Source: Cupriavidus necator (GTDB lineage: Bacteria > Pseudomonadota > Gammaproteobacteria > Burkholderiales > Burkholderiaceae). From it: a stretch of 32,000 bases of DNA. Under the pieces are notes generated by a model, which worked only from the letters and a program-made list of their open reading frames with translations, searched no databases and was not told where the DNA came from. Position numbers and translations under genes: made by a program. Below, one piece after another: positions 29,263-32,000 of the stretch. Location: assembly GCF_016127575.1 (NCBI RefSeq), contig NZ_CP066018.1, positions 3,630,001 to 3,662,000 on the forward strand, given 5' to 3'. The first letter of the stretch is position 1, and the number at the start of each line of letters is the position of its first letter.

Positions 29263-29565
29263 ATGAAACCGATCCACTGGATCAGCGCACTTGGCGCCAC
29301 CGCGATCCTGTCCACCGGCGTGACCGCATGGGCATCCGCTTCCGACCTGGCCTGGGCGACCAGCCGCCCCATGACTGCCGGCCACGACCTGAAAGGCGTA
29401 TCGACGCAACCGGGTCACACCCGCAGCCTCCGCGATACGCTGATCGCCGGCCAGGACCTGAGCGGCGTTTCCGCTACGCCAAGCCGCGCCGGCGAGACCG
29501 GCGCGGGGGATGAAGCCAGCAAGGCTTCGGGGCCGCCCAACAAATCGCTGCCTCGGCTCGCCTGA
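29263..29565 (+). CDS. Small secreted protein with an internal repeat
   Basis: 100 aa with a signal peptide (MKPIHWISALGATAILSTGVTAWA). Two related units are present: AGHDLKGVSTQPG and AGQDLSGVSATPS. I recognise no family. It is the first ORF after box F. Confidence 0.5.
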   Translation: MKPIHWISALGATAILSTGVTAWASASDLAWATSRPMTAGHDLKGVSTQPGHTRSLRDTLIAGQDLSGVSATPSRAGETGAGDEASKASGPPNKSLPRLA

Positions 29566-29661
29566 GGCTGTGCCTCCCATAACGGAAAGGCGTCCCGGGA
29601 CTGAAAGCCGCAGACCGGCATCCACACTACCCGCTTCACGCGTTTTGCCAAGGAAACAGAC

Positions 29662-30087
29662 ATGAAAGCCCAACACCTTCTTTTGCCCTTTCTCGCCGCC
29701 ACCGTGATGGCATTTCCCGTCGCCGCAGCCGCACATGGAACCGGTGACACGGTCAAGGAGAACTTCTCCCGGGCCATCCCCAACATACCCGGTAAGTCAC
29801 TTATCGCGCTGGAAGTGGATTACGCACCCGGCGCCTCGTCCTTGCCTCACTACCACGCCAAGTCGGCATTCATCTATGCCTATGTCGTCTCGGGCAGCAT
29901 CGCCAGCAAGGTCGATGACGGGCCGGAACGGGTCTACAAGGCGGGCGAGAGCTTCCATGAAGAGCCGGGCTCGCACCATGCCGTCAGCCGCAACGCGAGC
30001 AAGTCAAAGCCCGCCAAGCTGCTGGCCGTGTTTATCGTGGACAGCGGCGAAAAGGACCTGACCACTTACGAAAGGAGCGCGAAATGA
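29662..30087 (+). CDS. Periplasmic cupin-domain protein
   Basis: 141 aa with a signal peptide (MKAQHLLLPFLAATVMAFPVAAAAHG). Cupin motifs are PHYHAKSAFIYAYVVSG and EEPGSHHAVSRN. An AAGGAAA RBS is present. The stop overlaps the next start (ATGA). Confidence 0.85.
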   Translation: MKAQHLLLPFLAATVMAFPVAAAAHGTGDTVKENFSRAIPNIPGKSLIALEVDYAPGASSLPHYHAKSAFIYAYVVSGSIASKVDDGPERVYKAGESFHEEPGSHHAVSRNASKSKPAKLLAVFIVDSGEKDLTTYERSAK

Positions 30088-30539
30088 GACTGGACTACAC
30101 AAAGGCCGCCCCGGGTGGCGTGAAGGCATTCGGCAGTGTCTACGGCTACGTCATGCAGTCCGGACTCGATGATGTCCTGGTGGAGCTGGTCTACCTGCGT
30201 GTCAGCCAGATCAACGGCTGCGCCTACTGCCTTGACATGCACACGCGAGACCTGGTGAAGAGGGGCGTGTCGGTCGGCAAGCTCGCGCTCGTGCAGGTCT
30301 GGCACGAAGCGGGCGCCCTCTTCAGTGACCGCGAGAAGGCCGCACTGGCGTGGGCCGAGACCGTGACCCGCGTTTCCGAGACACATGTCCCGGACGACGC
30401 ATTTGGAGCGGCCTCTGCCGTCTTCAGTGAAAAGGAACTCGCTGACCTGACCATGGCGATCAGTCTGATGAATGCATTCAACCGCCTCGCCATCAGCTTC
30501 CGCCGTGCGCCGCAAGTCGAGGGCCAGGGCGACGCATGA
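30084..30539 (+). CDS. Carboxymuconolactone decarboxylase-family (AhpD-like alkylhydroperoxidase) protein
   Basis: 151 aa with a CxxC motif in SQINGCAYCLDMHTRD, typical of the AhpD-like/CMD family. It is translationally coupled to the cupin gene. Confidence 0.85.
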   Translation: MRLDYTKAAPGGVKAFGSVYGYVMQSGLDDVLVELVYLRVSQINGCAYCLDMHTRDLVKRGVSVGKLALVQVWHEAGALFSDREKAALAWAETVTRVSETHVPDDAFGAASAVFSEKELADLTMAISLMNAFNRLAISFRRAPQVEGQGDA

Positions 30540-30637
30540 CCGGGCCGTCGGTCGCGGGACAGGGCCAGCTCGCTGGCCCTGCTTCGCCGACGCAGATTTT
30601 GAGACGCCACTTTCACTACCATTTTCAAGCTATTGGC

Positions 30638-31498
30638 ATGCTCTACCCCGAACTGTTCAAATCGTTGGAAGCGGTCCGCTGGCACATGGACAAGGACATC
30701 CCCTGGGACACCTTCGACGCCAGCCTGCTGACAGACGACCAGGCCAAGACCATCCGCATGAACGCGATCACGGAATGGTCGGCCCTGCCCGCCACCGAGA
30801 TGTTCCTGCGCGACAACCGCCACGATTCCGACTTTTCGGCGTTCATGAGCATCTGGTTCTTCGAGGAGCAGAAGCACTCGCTGGTGCTGATGGAGTACCT
30901 GCACCGTTTCCGCCCGGACCTGGTGCCGACCGAGGAAGAGCTGCATGCGGTGCGCTTCGAATTCGACCCGGCGCCGCCGCTGGAAACGCTGATGCTGCAT
31001 TTTTGCGGCGAGATCCGCCTGAACCACTGGTACCGCCGTGCCGCCGAATGGCACTCGGAACCGGTGATCAAGCATATCTACCGTACCCTGTCGCAGGACG
31101 AAGCCCGCCACGGCGGCGCCTACCTGCGCTACATGAAGAAATACCTGGCCCAGTTCGGCGACACCGCGCGCGCCGCGTTTGCCAAGATCGGCGTGTTGAT
31201 GGCATCGGCGCGGCGCACCGAAAAACCGCTGCACCCGACCAGCCTGCACGTCAACAAGGCGCTGTTCCCCAACGACACCGTGCAGTCGCGCCTGCCCGAC
31301 CCGGACTGGCTGGGAAAATGGCTGGACGAGCAGATCCGCTTCGACGAAGGCTGGGAGAAGAAGGTCATCGAACGGATCCTGCACAATATGTCGCTGCTGT
31401 TCGAGCGCACCTTTGAAAGCGTGCAGGACCTGAACCGCTACCGCAGGGAGCTGGGGAAGCCGCAACAGGACGCGCGCGATGCTGCATTTCCCCACTAG
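30638..31498 (+). CDS. Ferritin-like di-iron protein (acyl-ACP desaturase-like fold)
   Basis: Two ExxH motifs are present (FFEEQKHSLVLMEY and SQDEARHGGAYLRY). I prefer the start at MLYPELF (30638) because a 9-bp stem-loop (30560-30581) lies in the 98 nt after the upstream stop. An alternative ATG at 30536 overlaps that stop. Confidence 0.7.
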   Translation: MLYPELFKSLEAVRWHMDKDIPWDTFDASLLTDDQAKTIRMNAITEWSALPATEMFLRDNRHDSDFSAFMSIWFFEEQKHSLVLMEYLHRFRPDLVPTEEELHAVRFEFDPAPPLETLMLHFCGEIRLNHWYRRAAEWHSEPVIKHIYRTLSQDEARHGGAYLRYMKKYLAQFGDTARAAFAKIGVLMASARRTEKPLHPTSLHVNKALFPNDTVQSRLPDPDWLGKWLDEQIRFDEGWEKKVIERILHNMSLLFERTFESVQDLNRYRRELGKPQQDARDAAFPH

Positions 31499-31660
31499 CA
31501 CGCTGATTTTCATACGAAGCCAGCAGCGTGTGACAGAAACGGGGGCCGTGAGCGCGAAGGCAGGCCTGCGAAGCAAGCGGCTCGCAGAGTGCCGGTGCGA
31601 ATCGCTTCCACGGTTTGCCGCGGTCCTGCAGATGCGGGGTAGTGTCCAAGCGCGACCGCG

Positions 31661-32000
31661 TCAGCATCCTGCCGGCACGATGCGCCAGGTACGCGGCCCG
31701 CTTTCGTGGACACTGTTGCCGCCGGCATCCACGGCGACAACCACGGGCAGGTTCTCCACATCGAACTCGTAGATGGCTTCCATGCCGAGATCGCCAAACG
31801 CAAGGACACGCGAGAACCTGACCGCCTTGGAGATCAGATAGGCAGCCCCACCGGTTGCTGCCAGATAGACGCAGCCGTTCTTCACGATCGCGCTGATCGC
31901 CTCCGGCCCGCGCTCGGCATTGCCGATCATGCCGAGCAAGCCGGTGGAAGCCAGCATGCGCCCGGCAAACTTGTCCATCCGTGTGGATGTGGTCGGGCCG
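31661..32000 (-). CDS. Fe-S hydro-lyase beta subunit (class I fumarase C-terminal / tartrate dehydratase TtdB family), 5' end outside the window
   Basis: ...RPTTSTRMDKFAGRMLASTGLLGMIGNAERGPEAISAIVKNGCVYLAATGGAAYLISKAVRFSRVLAFGDLGMEAIYEFDVENLPVVVAVDAGGNSVHE. The frame is open to the window edge. Confidence 0.75.
   Translation of the reverse strand, partial: GPTTSTRMDKFAGRMLASTGLLGMIGNAERGPEAISAIVKNGCVYLAATGGAAYLISKAVRFSRVLAFGDLGMEAIYEFDVENLPVVVAVDAGGNSVHESGPRTWRIVPAGC

Overview
GC-rich DNA (about two-thirds G+C by eye). The proteins look Burkholderiales-like (Cupriavidus/Ralstonia type), which is inference only. The window is a mosaic of intact redox/stress modules separated by decayed genes and mobile-element debris.

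Intact modules:
- A MexEF-OprN-type RND efflux operon (3102-9127, -) beside an Rrf2-family regulator (2346-2903, -).
- Two diverged NDH-2-like flavoprotein paralogues in inverted orientation (11008-12219 -, 13196-14407 +).
- An envelope thiol-redox cluster: TlpA-like thioredoxin, a small repeat protein and DipZ (16685-19874).
- An EnvZ/OmpR-type two-component pair (21032-22944).
- An orphan homodimeric pyruvate dehydrogenase E1 (26312-29008, -), divergent from a small secreted protein / periplasmic cupin / AhpD-like / di-iron operon (29263-31498, +).

Decayed or fragmentary:
- Aldehyde dehydrogenase.
- An epoxide hydrolase and a LysR regulator, reciprocally 5'-truncated.
- A second cupin copy.
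- The 5' half of a group II intron.
- A serine-recombinase fragment.
- A scrambled IS110 element.
- A disulfide oxidoreductase, an SDR, a GlxA/AraC regulator and a molybdo-hydroxylase fragment.

The strongest unexplained signal is eight intergenic copies of one AT-rich palindrome, T(A/T)ACTACGA-N9-TCGTAGT(A/T)A. Each copy sits on a promoter of one of the intact modules or of the Rrf2 gene itself. Three copies are 17-9-17 palindromes (two exact, one with a single mismatch) whose outer arms differ between sites yet remain self-complementary. I read this as a previously uncharacterised Rrf2-centred redox or electrophile stress regulon with an unusual extended operator-promoter design. All functional assignments come from reading the translations, and no database search was possible.
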